A stretch of DNA of 64,000 nt from the human T2T-CHM13v2.0 reference genome, Homo sapiens. Shown here piece after piece: positions 40,931 to 54,600 of this stretch. Where the stretch lies: assembly GCF_009914755.1 (NCBI RefSeq), contig NC_060935.1. One strand, given 5' to 3'. Within the stretch, counting starts at the first letter, position 1; every line of letters begins with the position of its first letter. Both the position numbers and the translations under genes were made by a program. Under the pieces are notes generated by a model. The model saw only the letters and a list, made by a program, of their open reading frames with translations. It was not told the origin of the DNA and made no database searches.

Positions 40931-43900
40931 GCATTGTGAGAAACTTCTATGTGATGTTTTCATTCAACTCAGAGAGTTGAACCTTGCTTTCATAGTTCAG
41001 CTTTCAAACACTCTTTTTGTAGAATCTGCAAGTGGATATTTGGACCACTTTGTGGCCTTCCTTCGAAACGGGTATATCTTCACATCAAACCTAGACAGAA
41101 GCATTCTCAGAATGTTTCCTGTGATGACTGCATTCAATTCACAGAGGTGAACAATCCTCTTGATGGAGCAGTTTTGAAACTCTCTTTCTTTGGATTCTGC
41201 AAGTGGATATGTGGACCTCTGTGAAGATTTCGTTGGAAACGGGTTCATCTTCACAGAAAAACTAAACAGAAGCATTCTCAGAAACTGCTTTGTGATGTTT
41301 GTGTTCCACTTCAAGAATTGAACTTTCCTCTTGACAGAGCAGCTCTGAAACCCTCTTTTTCTAGAATCTGCAAGTGGACATTTGGAGGGCTTTGAGGCCT
41401 GTGGTGGAAAAGGAAAATCTTCACATAAAAACTAGATGGAAGCATTCTCAGAAACTACTTTGTGATGATTGCATTCGACTCACAGAGTTGAACATTCCTA
41501 TAGATAGAGCAGGTTGTAAACAATCTTTTTGTAGAATCTGCGATTGGAGATTTGGACTGCTTTGAGGCCTACTGTAGTAAAGGAAATAACTTCATCTAAA
41601 AACCAAACGGAAGCATTCACAGACAATTCTTAGTGATCATTGCATTGAACTAACAGAGCTGAACATTACTTTAGATGGCGCAGTTTCCAAACACACTTTC
41701 TGTAGAATCTGCAAGTGGATATTTGGACCTCTCTGAGGATTTCGTTGGAAACGGGATAAACTTCCCAGAACTACACGGAAGCATTGTGAGAAACTTCTTT
41801 GTGATGTTTGCATTCAACTCACAGAGTTGAACCTTGCTTTCATAGTTCAGCTTTCAAACACTCTTTTTGTAGAATCTGCAAGTGGATATTTGGACCACTT
41901 TGTGGCCTTCCTTCGAAACGGGTATATCTTCACATCAAACCTAGACAGAAGCATTCTCAGAATGTTTCCTGTGATGACTGCATTCAACTCACAGAGGTGA
42001 AGAATCCTGCTGATGGAGCAGTTTTGAAACTCTCTTTCTTTGGATTCTGCAAGTGGATATGTGGACCTCTGTGAAGATTTCGTTGGAAACGGGTTCATCT
42101 TCACAGAAAAACTAAACAGAAGCATTCTCAGAAACTGCTTTGTGATGTTTGTGTTCCACTTCAGGAATTGAACTTTCCTCTTCAAAGAGCAGCTCTGAAA
42201 CCCTCTTTTTCTGGAATCTGCAAGTGGACATTTGGAGGGCTTTGAGGCCTGTGGTGGAAAAGGAAAATCTTCACATAAAAACTAGATGGAAGCATTCTCA
42301 GAAACTACTTTGTGATGATTGCATTCGACTCACAGAGTTGAACATTCCTATAGATAGAGCAGGTTGTAAACAATCTTTTTGTAGAATCTGCGATTGGAGA
42401 TTTGGACTGCTTTGAGGCCTACTGTAGTAAAGGAAATAACTTCATCTAAAAACCAAACGGAAGCATTCACAGACAATTCTTAGTGATCATTGCATTGAAC
42501 TAACAGAGCTGAACATTCCTTTAGATGGAGTAGTTTCCAAACACACTTTCTGTAGAATCTGCAAGTGGATATTTGGACTTCTCTGAGGATTTCGTTGGAA
42601 ACGGGATAAACTTCCCAGAACTACACGGAAGCATTGTGAGAAACTTCTTTGTGATGTTTGCATTCAACTCACAGAGTTGAACCTTGCTTTCATAGTTCAG
42701 CTTTCAAACACTCTTTTTGTAGAATCTGCAAGTGGATATTTGGACCACTTTGTGGCCTTCCTTCGAAACGGGTATATCTTCACATCAAACCTAGACAGAA
42801 GCATTCTCAGAATGTTTCCTGTGATGACTGCATTCAACTCACAGAGGTGAACAATCCTGCTGATGGAGCAGTTTTGAAACTCTCTTTCTTTGGATTCTGC
42901 AAGTGGATATGTGGACCTCTGTGAAGATTTCCTTGGAAACGGGTTCATCTTCACAGAAAAACTAAACAGGAGCATTCTCAGAAACTGCTTTGTGATGTTT
43001 GTGTTCCACTTCAAGAATTGAACTTTCCTCTTGACAGAGCAGCTCTGAAACCCTCTTTTTCTAGAATCTGCAAGTGGACATTTGGAGGGCTTTGAGGCCT
43101 GTGGTGGAAAAGGAAAATCTTCACATAAAAACTAGATGGAAGCATTCTCAGAAACTACTTTGTGATGATTGCATTCGACTCACAGAGTTGAACATTCCTA
43201 TAGATAGAGCAGGTTGTAAACAATCTTTTTGTAGAATCTGCGATTGGAGATTTGGACTGCTTTGAGGCCTACTGTAGTAAAGGAAATAACTTCATCTAAA
43301 AACCAAACGGAAGCATTCACAGACAATTCTTAGTGATCATTGGATTGAACTAACAGAGCTGAACATTCCTTTAGATGGAGCAGTTTCCAAACCCACTTTC
43401 TGTAGAATCTGCAAGTGGATATTTGGACTTCTCTGAGGATTTCGTTGGAAAGGGGATAAACTTCCCAGAACTACACGGAAGCATTGTGAGAAACTTCTAT
43501 GTGATGTTTTCATTCAACTCAGAGAGTTGAACCTTGCTTTCATAGTTCAGCTTTCAAACACTCTTTTTGTAGAATCTGCAAGTGGATATTTGGACCACTT
43601 TGTGGCCTTCCTTCGAAACGGGTATATCTTCACATCAAACCTAGACAGAAGCATTCTCAGAATGTTTCCTGTGATGACTGCATTCAATTCACAGAGGTGA
43701 ACAATCCTCTTGATGGAGCAGTTTTGAAACTCTCTTTCTTTGGATTCTGCAAGTGGATATGTGGACCTCTGTGAAGATTTCGTTGGAAACGGGTTCATCT
43801 TCACAGAAAAACTAAACAGAAGCATTCTCAGAAACTGCTTTGTGATGTTTGTGTTCCACTTCAAGAATTGAACTTTCCTCTTGACAGAGCAGCTCTGAAA

Positions 43901-45042
43901 CCCTCTTTTTCTAGAATCTGCAAGTGGACATTTGGAGGGCTTTGAGGCCTGTGGTGGAAAAGGAAAATCTTCACATAAAAACTAGATGGAAGCATTCTCA
44001 GAAACTACTTTGTGATGATTGCATTCGACTCACAGAGTTGAACATTCCTATAGATAGAGCAGGTTGTAAACAATCTTTTTGTAGAATCTGCGATTGGAGA
44101 TTTGGACTGCTTTGAGGCCTACTGTAGTAAAGGAAATAACTTCATCTAAAAACCAAACGGAAGCATTCACAGACAATTCTTAGTGATCATTGCATTGAAC
44201 TAACAGAGCTGAACATTACTTTAGATGGCGCAGTTTCCAAACACACTTTCTGTAGAATCTGCAAGTGGATATTTGGACCTCTCTGAGGATTTCGTTGGAA
44301 ACGGGATAAACTTCCCAGAACTACACGGAAGCATTGTGAGAAACTTCTTTGTGATGTTTGCATTCAACTCACAGAGTTGAACCTTGCTTTCATAGTTCAG
44401 CTTTCAAACACTCTTTTTGTAGAATCTGCAAGTGGATATTTGGACCACTTTGTGGCCTTCCTTCGAAACGGGTATATCTTCACATCAAACCTAGACAGAA
44501 GCATTCTCAGAATGTTTCCTGTGATGACTGCATTCAACTCACAGAGGTGAAGAATCCTGCTGATGGAGCAGTTTTGAAACTCTCTTTCTTTGGATTCTGC
44601 AAGTGGATATGTGGACCTCTGTGAAGATTTCGTTGGAAACGGGTTCATCTTCACAGAAAAACTAAACAGAAGCATTCTCAGAAACTGCTTTGTGATGTTT
44701 GTGTTCCACTTCAGGAATTGAACTTTCCTCTTCAAAGAGCAGCTCTGAAACCCTCTTTTTCTGGAATCTGCAAGTGGACATTTGGAGGGCTTTGAGGCCT
44801 GTGGTGGAAAAGGAAAATCTTCACATAAAAACTAGATGGAAGCATTCTCAGAAACTACTTTGTGATGATTGCATTCGACTCACAGAGTTGAACATTCCTA
44901 TAGATAGAGCAGGTTGTAAACAATCTTTTTGTAGAATCTGCGATTGGAGATTTGGACTGCTTTGAGGCCTACTGTAGTAAAGGAAATAACTTCATCTAAA
45001 AACCAAACGGAAGCATTCACAGACAATTCTTAGTGATCATTG
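39681..45042 (+). repeat. Tandem duplication of three HORs (2550-bp period, 2 copies) overlapping the end of the 4250-bp amplification
   Basis: Variants pair at +2550: 39943/42493, 40382/42932, 40902/43452, 40972/43522 (CTCAGAGAG), 41668/44218 (CATTACT), 42183/44733 (TTCAAAGAG) and XbaI loss at 42210/44760. One internal mismatch was noted (40291 vs 42841). Confidence 0.88.
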
Positions 45043-48000
45043 GATTGAACTAACAGAGCTGAACATTCTTTTAGATGGAGCAGTTTCCAAACACACTTTC
45101 TGTAGAATCTGCAAGTGGATATTTGGACTTCTCTGAGGATTTCGTTGGAAACGGGATAAACTTCCCAGAACTACACGGAAGCATTCTGAGAAACTTCTTT
45201 GTGATGTTTGCATTCAACTCACAGAGTTGAACCTTGCTTTCATAGTTCAGCTTTCAAACACTCTTTTTGTAGAATCTGCAAGTGGATATTTGGACCACTT
45301 TGTGGCCTTCCTTCGAAACGGGTATATCTTCACATCAAACCTAGACAGAAGCATTCTCAGAATGTTTCCTGTGATGACTGCATTCAACTCACAGAGGTGA
45401 ACAATCCTGCTGATGGAGCAGTGTTGAAACTCTCTTTCTTTGGATTCTGCAAGTGGATATGTGGACCTCTGTGAAGATTTCGTTGGAAACGGGTTCATCT
45501 TCACAGAAAAACTAAACAGGAGCATTCTCAGAAACTGCTTTGTGATGTTTGTGTTCCACTTCAAGAATTGAACTTTCCTCTTGACAGAGCAGCTCTGAAA
45601 CCCTCTTTTTCTAGAATCTGCAAGTGGACATTTGGAGGGCTTTGAGGCCTGTGGTGGAAAAGGAAAATCTTCACATAAAAACTAGATGGAAGCATTCTCA
45701 GAAACTACTTTGTGATGATTGCATTCGACTCACAGAGTTGAACATTCCTATAGATAGAGCAGGTTGTAAACAATCTTTTTGTAGAATCTGCGATTGGAGA
45801 TTTGGACTGCTTTGAGGCCTACTGTAGTAAAGGAAATAACTTCATCTAAAAACCAAAGGGAAGCATTCACAGACAATTCTTAGTGATCATTGGATTGAAC
45901 TAACAGAGCTGAACATTCCTTTAGATGGAGCAGTTTCCAAACCCACTTTCTGTGGAATCTGCAAGTGGATATTTGGACTTCTCTGAGGATTTCGTTGGAA
46001 ACGGGATAAACTTCCCAGAACTACACGGAAGCATTGTGAGAAACTTCTTTGTGATGTTTGCATTCAACTCACAGAGTTGAACCTTGCTTTCATAGTTCAG
46101 CTTTCAAACACTCTTTTTGTAGAATCTGCAAGTGGATATTTGGACCACTTTGTGGCCTTCCTTCGAAACGGGTATATCTTCACATCAAACCTAGACAGAA
46201 GCATTCTCAGAATGTTTCCTGTGATGACTGCATTCAACTCACAGAGGTGAACAATCCTGTTGATGGAGCACTTTTGAAACTCTCTTTCTTTGGATTCTGC
46301 AAGTGGATATGTGGACCTCTGTGAAGATTTCGTTGGAAACGGGTTCATCTTCACAGAAAAACTAAACAGAAGCATTCTCAGAAACTACTTTGTGATGTTT
46401 GTGTTCCACTTCAAGAATTGAACTTTCCTCTTGACAGAGCAGCTCTGAAACCCTCTTTTTCTAGAATCTGCAAGTGGACATTTGGAGGGCTTTGTGGCCT
46501 GTGGTGGAAAAGGAAAATCTTCACATAAAAACTAGATGGAAGCATTCTCAGAAACTACTTTGTGATGATTGCATTCGACTCACAGAGTTGAACATTCCTA
46601 TAGATAGAGCAGGTTGTAAACAATGTTTTTGTAGAATCTGCGATTGGAGATTTGGACTGCTTTGAGGCCTACTGTAGTAAAGGAAATAACTTCATCTAAA
46701 AACCAAACGGAAGCATTCACAGACAATTCTTAGTGATCATTGGATTGAACTAACAGAGCTCAACATTCCTTTAGATGGAGCAGTTTCCAAACACACTTTC
46801 TGTAGAATCTGCAAGTGGATATTTGGTCTTCTCTGAGGATTTCGTTGGAAACGGGATAAACTTCCCAGAACTACACGGAAGCATTGTGAGAAACTTCTTT
46901 GTGATGTTTGCATTCAACTCACAGAGTTGAACCTTGCTTTCATAGTTCAGCTTTCAAACACTCTTTTTGTAGAATCTGCAAGTGGATATTTGGACCACTT
47001 TGTGGCCTTCCTTTGAAAAGGGTATATCTTCACATCAAACCTAGACAGAGGCATTCTCAGAATGTTTCCTGTGATGACTGCATTCAACTCACAGAGGTGA
47101 ACAATCCTGTTGATGGAGCAGTTTTGAAACTCTCTTTCTTTGGATTCTGCAAGTGGATATGTGGACCTCTGTGAAGATTTCGTTGGAAACGGGTTCATCT
47201 TCACAGAAAAACTAAACAGGAGCATTCTCAGAAACTGCTTTGTGATGTTTGTGTTCCACTTCAGGAATTGAACTTTCCTCTTGACAGAGCAGCTCTGAAA
47301 CCCTCTTTTTCTAGAATCTGCAAGTGGACATTTGGAGGGCTTTGAGGCCTGTGGTGGAAAAGGAAAATCTTCACATAAAAACTAGATGGAAGCATTCTCA
47401 GAAACTACTTTGTGATGATTGCATTCGACTCACAGAGTTGAACATTCCTATAGATAGAGCAGGTTGTAAACAATCTTTTTGTAGAATCTGCGATTGGAGA
47501 TTTGGACTGCTTTGAGGCCTACTGTAGTAAAGGAAATAACTTCATCTAAAAACCAAACGGAAGCATTCACAGACAATTCTTAGTGATCATTGGATTGAAC
47601 TAACAGAGCTGAACATTCCTTTAGATGGAGCAGTTTCCAAACCCACTTTCTGTAGAATCTGCAAGTGGATATTTGGACTTCTCTGAGGATTTCGTTGGAA
47701 ACGGGATAAACTTCCCAGAACTACACGGAAGCATTGTGAGAAACTTCTTTGTGATGTTTGCATTCAACTCACAGAGTTGAACTTTGCTTTCATAGTTCAG
47801 CTTTCAAACACTCTTTTTGTAGAATCTGCAAGTAGATATTTGGACCACTTTGTGGCCTTCCTTCGAAACGGGTATATCTTCACATCAAACCTAGACAGAA
47901 GCATTCTCAGAATGTTTCCTGTGATGACTGCATTCAACTCACAGAGGTGAAGAATCCTGCTGATGGAGCAGTTTTGAAACTCTCTTTCTTTGGATTCTGC

Positions 48001-48799
48001 AAGTGGATATGTGGACCTCTGTGAAGATTTCGTTGGAAACGGGTTCATCTTCACAGAAAAACTAAACAGAAGCATTCTCAGAAACTGCTTTGTGATGTTT
48101 GTGTTCCACTTCAGGAATTGAACTTTCCTCTTGACAGAGCAGCTCTGAAACCATCTTATTCTAGAATCTGCAAGTGGACATTTGGAGGGCTTTGAGGCCT
48201 GTGGTGGAAAAGGAAAATCTTCACATAAAAACTAGATGGAAGCATTCTCAGAAACTACTTTGTGATGATTGCATTCGACTCACAGAGTTGAACATTCCTA
48301 TAGATAGAGCAGGTTGTAAACAATCTTTTTGTAGAATCTGCGATTGGAGATTTGGACTGCTTTGAGGCCTACTGTAGTAAAGGAAATAACTTCATCTAAA
48401 AACCAAACGGAAGCATTCACAGACAATTCTTAGTGATCATTGCATTGAACTAACAGAGCTGAACATTCCTTTAGATGGCGCAGTTTCCAAACACACTTTC
48501 TGTAGAATCTGCAAGTGGATATTTGGACCTCTCTGAGGATTTCGTTGGAAACGGGATAAACTTCCCAGAACTACACGGAAGCATTGTGAGAAACTTCTTT
48601 GTGATGTTTGCATTCAACTCACAGAGCTGAACCTTGCTTTCATAGTTCAGCTTTCAAACACTCTTTTTGTAGAATCTGCAAGTGGATATTTGGACCACTT
48701 TGTGGCCTTCCTTCGAAACGGGTATATCTTCACATCAAACCTAGACAGAAGCATTCTCAGAATGTTTCCTGTGATGACTGCATTCAATTCACAGAGGTG

Positions 48800-51700
48800 A
48801 ACAATCCTGCTGATGGAGCAGTTTTGAAACTCTCTTTCTTTGGATTCTGCAAGTGGATATGTGGACCTCTGTGAAGATTTCGTTGGAAAAGGGTTCATCT
48901 TCACAGAAAAACTAAACAGGAGCATTCTCAGAAACTGCTTTGTGATGTTTGTGTTCCACTTCGAGAATTGAACTTTCCTCTAGACAGAGCAGCTCTGAAA
49001 CCCTCTTTCTCTAGAATCTGCAAGGGGACATTTGGAGGGCTTTGAGGCCTGTGGTGGAAAAGGAAAATCTTCACATAAAAACTAGATGGAAGCATTCTCA
49101 GAAACTACTTTGTGATGATTGCATTCGACTCACAGAGTTGAACATTCCTATAGATAGAGCAGGTTGTAAACAATCTTTTTGTAGAATCTGCGATTGGAGA
49201 TTTGGACTGCTTTGAGGCCTACTGTAGTAAAGGAAATAAATTCATCTAAAAACCAAACGGAAGCATTCACAGACAATTCTTAGTGATCATTGGATTGAAC
49301 TAACAGAGCTGAACATTCCTTTAGATGGAGCAGTTTCCAAACACACTTTCTGTAGAATCTGCAAGTGGATATTTGGACTTCTCTGAGGATTTCGTTGGAA
49401 ACGGGATAAACTTCCCAGAACTACACGGAAGCATTGTGAGAAACTTCTTTGTGATGTTTGCATTCAACTCACAGAGTTGAACCTTGCTTTCATAGTTCAG
49501 CTTTCAAACACTCTTTTTGTAGAATCTGCAAGTGGATATTTGGACCACTTTGTGGCCTTCCTTCGAAACGGGTATATCTTCACATCAAACCTAGACAGAA
49601 GCATTCTCAGAATGTTTCCTGTGATGACTGCATTCAACTCACAGAGGTGAACAATCCTGCTGATGGAGCAGTTTTGAAACTCTCTTTCTTTGGATTCTGC
49701 AAGTGGATATGTGGACCTCTGTGAAGATTTCGTTGGAAACGGGTTCATCTTCACAGAAAAACTAAACAGAAGCATTCTCAGAAACTGCTTTGTGATGTTT
49801 GTGTTCCACTTCAGGAATTGAACTTTCCTCTTGACAGAGCAGCTCTGAAACCCTCTTATTCTAGAATCTGAAAGTGGACATTTGGAGGGCTTTGAGGCCT
49901 GTGGTGGAAAAGGAAAATCTTCACATAAAAACTAGATGGAAGCATTCTCAGAAACTACTTTTTGATGATTGCATTCGACTCACAGAGTTGAACATTCCTG
50001 TAGATAGAGCAGGTTGTAAACAATGTTTTTGTAGAATCTGCGATTGGAGATTTGGAATGCTTTGAGGCCTACTGTAGTAAAGGAAATAACTTCATCTAAA
50101 AACAAAACGGAAGCATTCACAGACAATTCTTAGTGATCATTGGATTGAACTAACAGAGCTGAACATTCCTTTAGATGGAGCAGTTTCCAAACCCACTTTC
50201 TGTAGAATCTGCAAGTGGATATTTGGACTTCTCTGAGGATTTCGTTGGAAACGGGATAAACTTCCCAGAACTACACGGAAGCATTGTGAGAAACTTCTTT
50301 GTGATGTTTGCATTCAACTCACAGAGTTGAACCTTGCTTTCATAGTTCAGCTTTCAAACACTCTTTTTGTAGAATCTGCAAGTGGATATTTGGACCACTT
50401 TGTGGCCTTCCTTCGAAACGGGTATATCTTCACATCAAACCTAGACAGAAGCATTCTCAGAATGTTTCCTGTGATGACTGCATTCAACTCACAGAGGTGA
50501 ACAATCCTGCTGATGGAGCAGTTTTGAAACTCTCTTTCTTTGGATTCTGCAAGTGGATATGTGGACCTCTGTGAAGATTTCGTTGGAAAAGGGTTCATCT
50601 TCACAGAAAAACTAAACAGGAGCATTCTCAGAAACTGCTTTGTGATGTTTGTGTTCCACTTCGAGAATTGAACTTTCCTCTAGACAGAGCAGCTCTGAAA
50701 CCCTCTTTCTCTAGAATCTGCAAGGGGACATTTGGAGGGCTTTGAGGCCTGTGGTGGAAAAGGAAAATCTTCACATAAAAACTAGATGGAAGCATTCTCA
50801 GAAACTACTTTATGATGATTGCATTCGACTCACAGAGTTGAACATTCCTATAGATAGAGCAGGTTGTAAACAATCTTTTTGTAGAATCTGCGATTGGAGA
50901 TTTGGACTGCTTTGAGGCCTACTGTAGTAAAGGAAATAAATTCATCTAAAAACCAAACGGAAGCATTCACAGACAATTCTTAGTGATCATTGGATTGAAC
51001 TAACAGAGCTGAACATTCCTTTAGATGGAGCAGTTTCCAAACACACTTTCTGTAGAATCTGCAAGTGGATATTTGGACTTCTCTGAGGATTTCGTTGGAA
51101 ACGGGATAAACTTCCCAGAACTACACGGAAGCATTGTGAGAAACTTCTTTGTGATGTTTGCATTCAACTCACAGAGTTGAACCTTGCTTTCATAGTTCAG
51201 CTTTCAAACACTCTTTTTGTAGAATCTGCAAGTGGATATTTGGACCACTTTGTGGCCTTCCTTCGAAACGGGTATATCTTCACATCAAACCTAGACAGAA
51301 GCATTCTCAGAATGTTTCCTGTGATGACTGCATTCAACTCACAGAGGTGAACAATCCTGCTGATGGAGCAGTTTTGAAACTCTCTTTCTTTGGATTCTGC
51401 AAGTGGATATGTGGACCTCTGTGAAGATTTCGTTGGAAACGGGTTCATCTTCACAGAAAAACTAAACAGAAGCATTCTCAGAAACTGCTTTGTGATGTTT
51501 GTGTTCCACTTCAGGAATTGAACTTTCCTCTTGACAGAGCAGCTCTGAAACCCTCTTATTCTAGAATCTGAAAGTGGACATTTGGAGGGCTTTGAGGCCT
51601 GTGGTGGAAAAGGAAAATCTTCACATAAAAACTAGATGGAAGCATTCTCAGAAACTACTTTTTGATGATTGCATTCGACTCACAGAGTTGAACATTCCTG

Positions 51701-54600
51701 TAGATAGAGCAGGTTGTAAACAATGTTTTTGTAGAATCTGCGATTGGAGATTTGGAATGCTTTGAGGCCTACTGTAGTAAAGGAAATAACTTCATCTAAA
51801 AACCAAACGGAAGCATTCACAGACAATTCTTAGTGATCATTGGATTGAACTAACAGAGCTGAACATTCCTTTAGATGGAGCAGTTTCCAAACCCACTTTC
51901 TGTAGAATCTGCAAGTGGATATTTGGACTTCTCTGAGGATTTCGTTGGAAACGGGATAAACTTCCCAGAACTACACGGAAGCATTCTGAGAAACTTCTTT
52001 GTGATGTTTGCATTCAACTCACAGAGATGAACCTTTCTTTCATAGTTCAGCTTTCAAACACTCTTTTTGTAGAATCTGCAAGTGGATATTTGGACCACTT
52101 TGTGGCCTTCCTTCGAAACGGGTATATCTTCACATCAAACCTAGACAGAAGCATTCTCAGAATGTTTCCTGTGATGACTGCATTCAACTCACAGAGGTGA
52201 ACAATCCTGCTGATGGAGCAGTTTTGAAACTCTCTTTCTTTGGATTCTGCAAGTGGATATGTGGACCTCTGTGAAGATTTCGTTGGAAACGGGTTCATCT
52301 TCACAGAAAAACTAAACAGAAGCATTCTCAGAAACTGCTTTGTGATGTTTGTGTTCCACTTCAGGAATTGAACTTTCCTCTTGACAGAGCAGCTCTGAAA
52401 CCCTCTTATTCTAGAATCTGAAAGTGGACATTTGGAGGGCTTTGAGGCCTGTGGTGGAAAAGGAAAATCTTCACATAAAAACTAGATGGAAGCATTCTCA
52501 GAAACTACTTTTTGATGATTGCATTCGACTCACAGAGTTGAACATTCCTGTAGATAGAGCAGGTTGTAAACAATGTTTTTGTAGAATCTGCGATTGGAGA
52601 TTTGGAATGCTTTGAGGCCTACTGTAGTAAAGGAAATAACTTCATCTAAAAACAAAACGGAAGCATTCACAGACAATTCTTAGTGATCATTGGATTGAAC
52701 TAACAGAGCTGAACATTCCTTTAGATGGAGCAGTTTCCAAACCCACTTTCTGTAGAATCTGCAAGTGGATATTTGGACTTCTCTGAGGATTTCGTTGGAA
52801 ACGGGATAAACTTCCCAGAACTACACGGAAGCATTGTGAGAAACTTCTTTGTGATGTTTGCATTCAACTCACAGAGTTGAACCTTGCTTTCATAGTTCAG
52901 CTTTCAAACACTCTTTTTGTAGAATCTGCAAGTGGATATTTGGACCACTTTGTGGCCTTCCTTCGAAACGGGTATATCTTCACATCAAACCTAGACAGAA
53001 GCATTCTCAGAATGTTTCCTGTGATGACTGCATTCAACTCACAGAGGTGAACAATCCTGCTGATGGAGCAGTTTTGAAACTCTCTTTCTTTGGATTCTGC
53101 AAGTGGATATGTGGACCTCTGTGAAGATTTCGTTGGAAAAGGGTTCATCTTCACAGAAAAACTAAACAGGAGCATTCTCAGAAACTGCTTTGTGATGTTT
53201 GTGTTCCACTTCGAGAATTGAACTTTCCTCTAGACAGAGCAGCTCTGAAACCCTCTTTCTCTAGAATCTGCAAGGGGACATTTGGAGGGCTTTGAGGCCT
53301 GTGGTGGAAAAGGAAAATCTTCACATAAAAACTAGATGGAAGCATTCTCAGAAACTACTTTATGATGATTGCATTCGACTCACAGAGTTGAACATTCCTA
53401 TAGATAGAGCAGGTTGTAAACAATCTTTTTGTAGAATCTGCGATTGGAGATTTGGACTGCTTTGAGGCCTACTGTAGTAAAGGAAATAAATTCATCTAAA
53501 AACCAAACGGAAGCATTCACAGACAATTCTTAGTGATCATTGGATTGAACTAACAGAGCTGAACATTCCTTTAGATGGAGCAGTTTCCAAACACACTTTC
53601 TGTAGAATCTGCAAGTGGATATTTGGACTTCTCTGAGGATTTCGTTGGAAACGGGATAAACTTCCCAGAACTACACGGAAGCATTGTGAGAAACTTCTTT
53701 GTGATGTTTGCATTCAACTCACAGAGTTGAACCTTGCTTTCATAGTTCAGCTTTCAAACACTCTTTTTGTAGAATCTGCAAGTGGATATTTGGACCACTT
53801 TGTGGCCTTCCTTCGAAACGGGTATATCTTCACATCAAACCTAGACAGAAGCATTCTCAGAATGTTTCCTGTGATGACTGCATTCAACTCACAGAGGTGA
53901 ACAATCCTGCTGATGGAGCAGTTTTGAAACTCTCTTTCTTTGGATTCTGCAAGTGGATATGTTGACCTCTGTGAAGATTTCGTTGGAAACGGGTTCATCT
54001 TCACAGAAAAACTAAACAGAAGCATTCTCAGAAACTGCTTTGTGATGTTTGTGTTCCACTTCAGGAATTGAACTTTCCTCTTGACAGAGCAGCTCTGAAA
54101 CCCTCTTATTCTAGAATCTGAAAGTGGACATTTGGAGGGCTTTGAGGCCTGTGGTGGAAAAGGAAAATCTTCACATAAAAACTAGATGGAAGCATTCTCA
54201 GAAACTACTTTTTGATGATTGCATTCGACTCACAGAGTTGAACATTCCTGTAGATAGAGCAGGTTGTAAACAATGTTTTTGTAGAATCTGCGATTGGAGA
54301 TTTGGAATGCTTTGAGGCCTACTGTAGTAAAGGAAATAACTTCATCTAAAAACAAAACGGAAGCATTCACAGACAATTCTTAGTGATCATTGGATTGAAC
54401 TAACAGAGCTGAACATTCCTTTAGATGGAGCAGTTTCCAAACCCACTTTCTGTAGAATCTGCAAGTGGATATTTGGACTTCTCTGAGGATTTCGTTGGAA
54501 ACGGGATAAACTTCCCAGAACTACACGGAAGCATTGTGAGAAACTTCTTTGTGATGTTTGCATTCAACTCACAGAGTTGAACCTTGCTTTCATAGTTCAG
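48800..54600 (+). repeat. Local expansion of two HOR variants in the order P-Q-P-Q-Q-P-Q (1700- and 2550-bp periods)
   Basis: P markers: GGAAAAGGG at 48890/50590/53140, CAAGGGGAC at 49025/50725/53275 and AAATAAATT at 49240/50940/53490. Q markers: CTGAAAGTG at 49871/51571/52421/54121, TTCCTGTAG at 50000/51700/52550/54250 and GGAATGC at 50057/51757/52607/54307. Confidence 0.88.
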
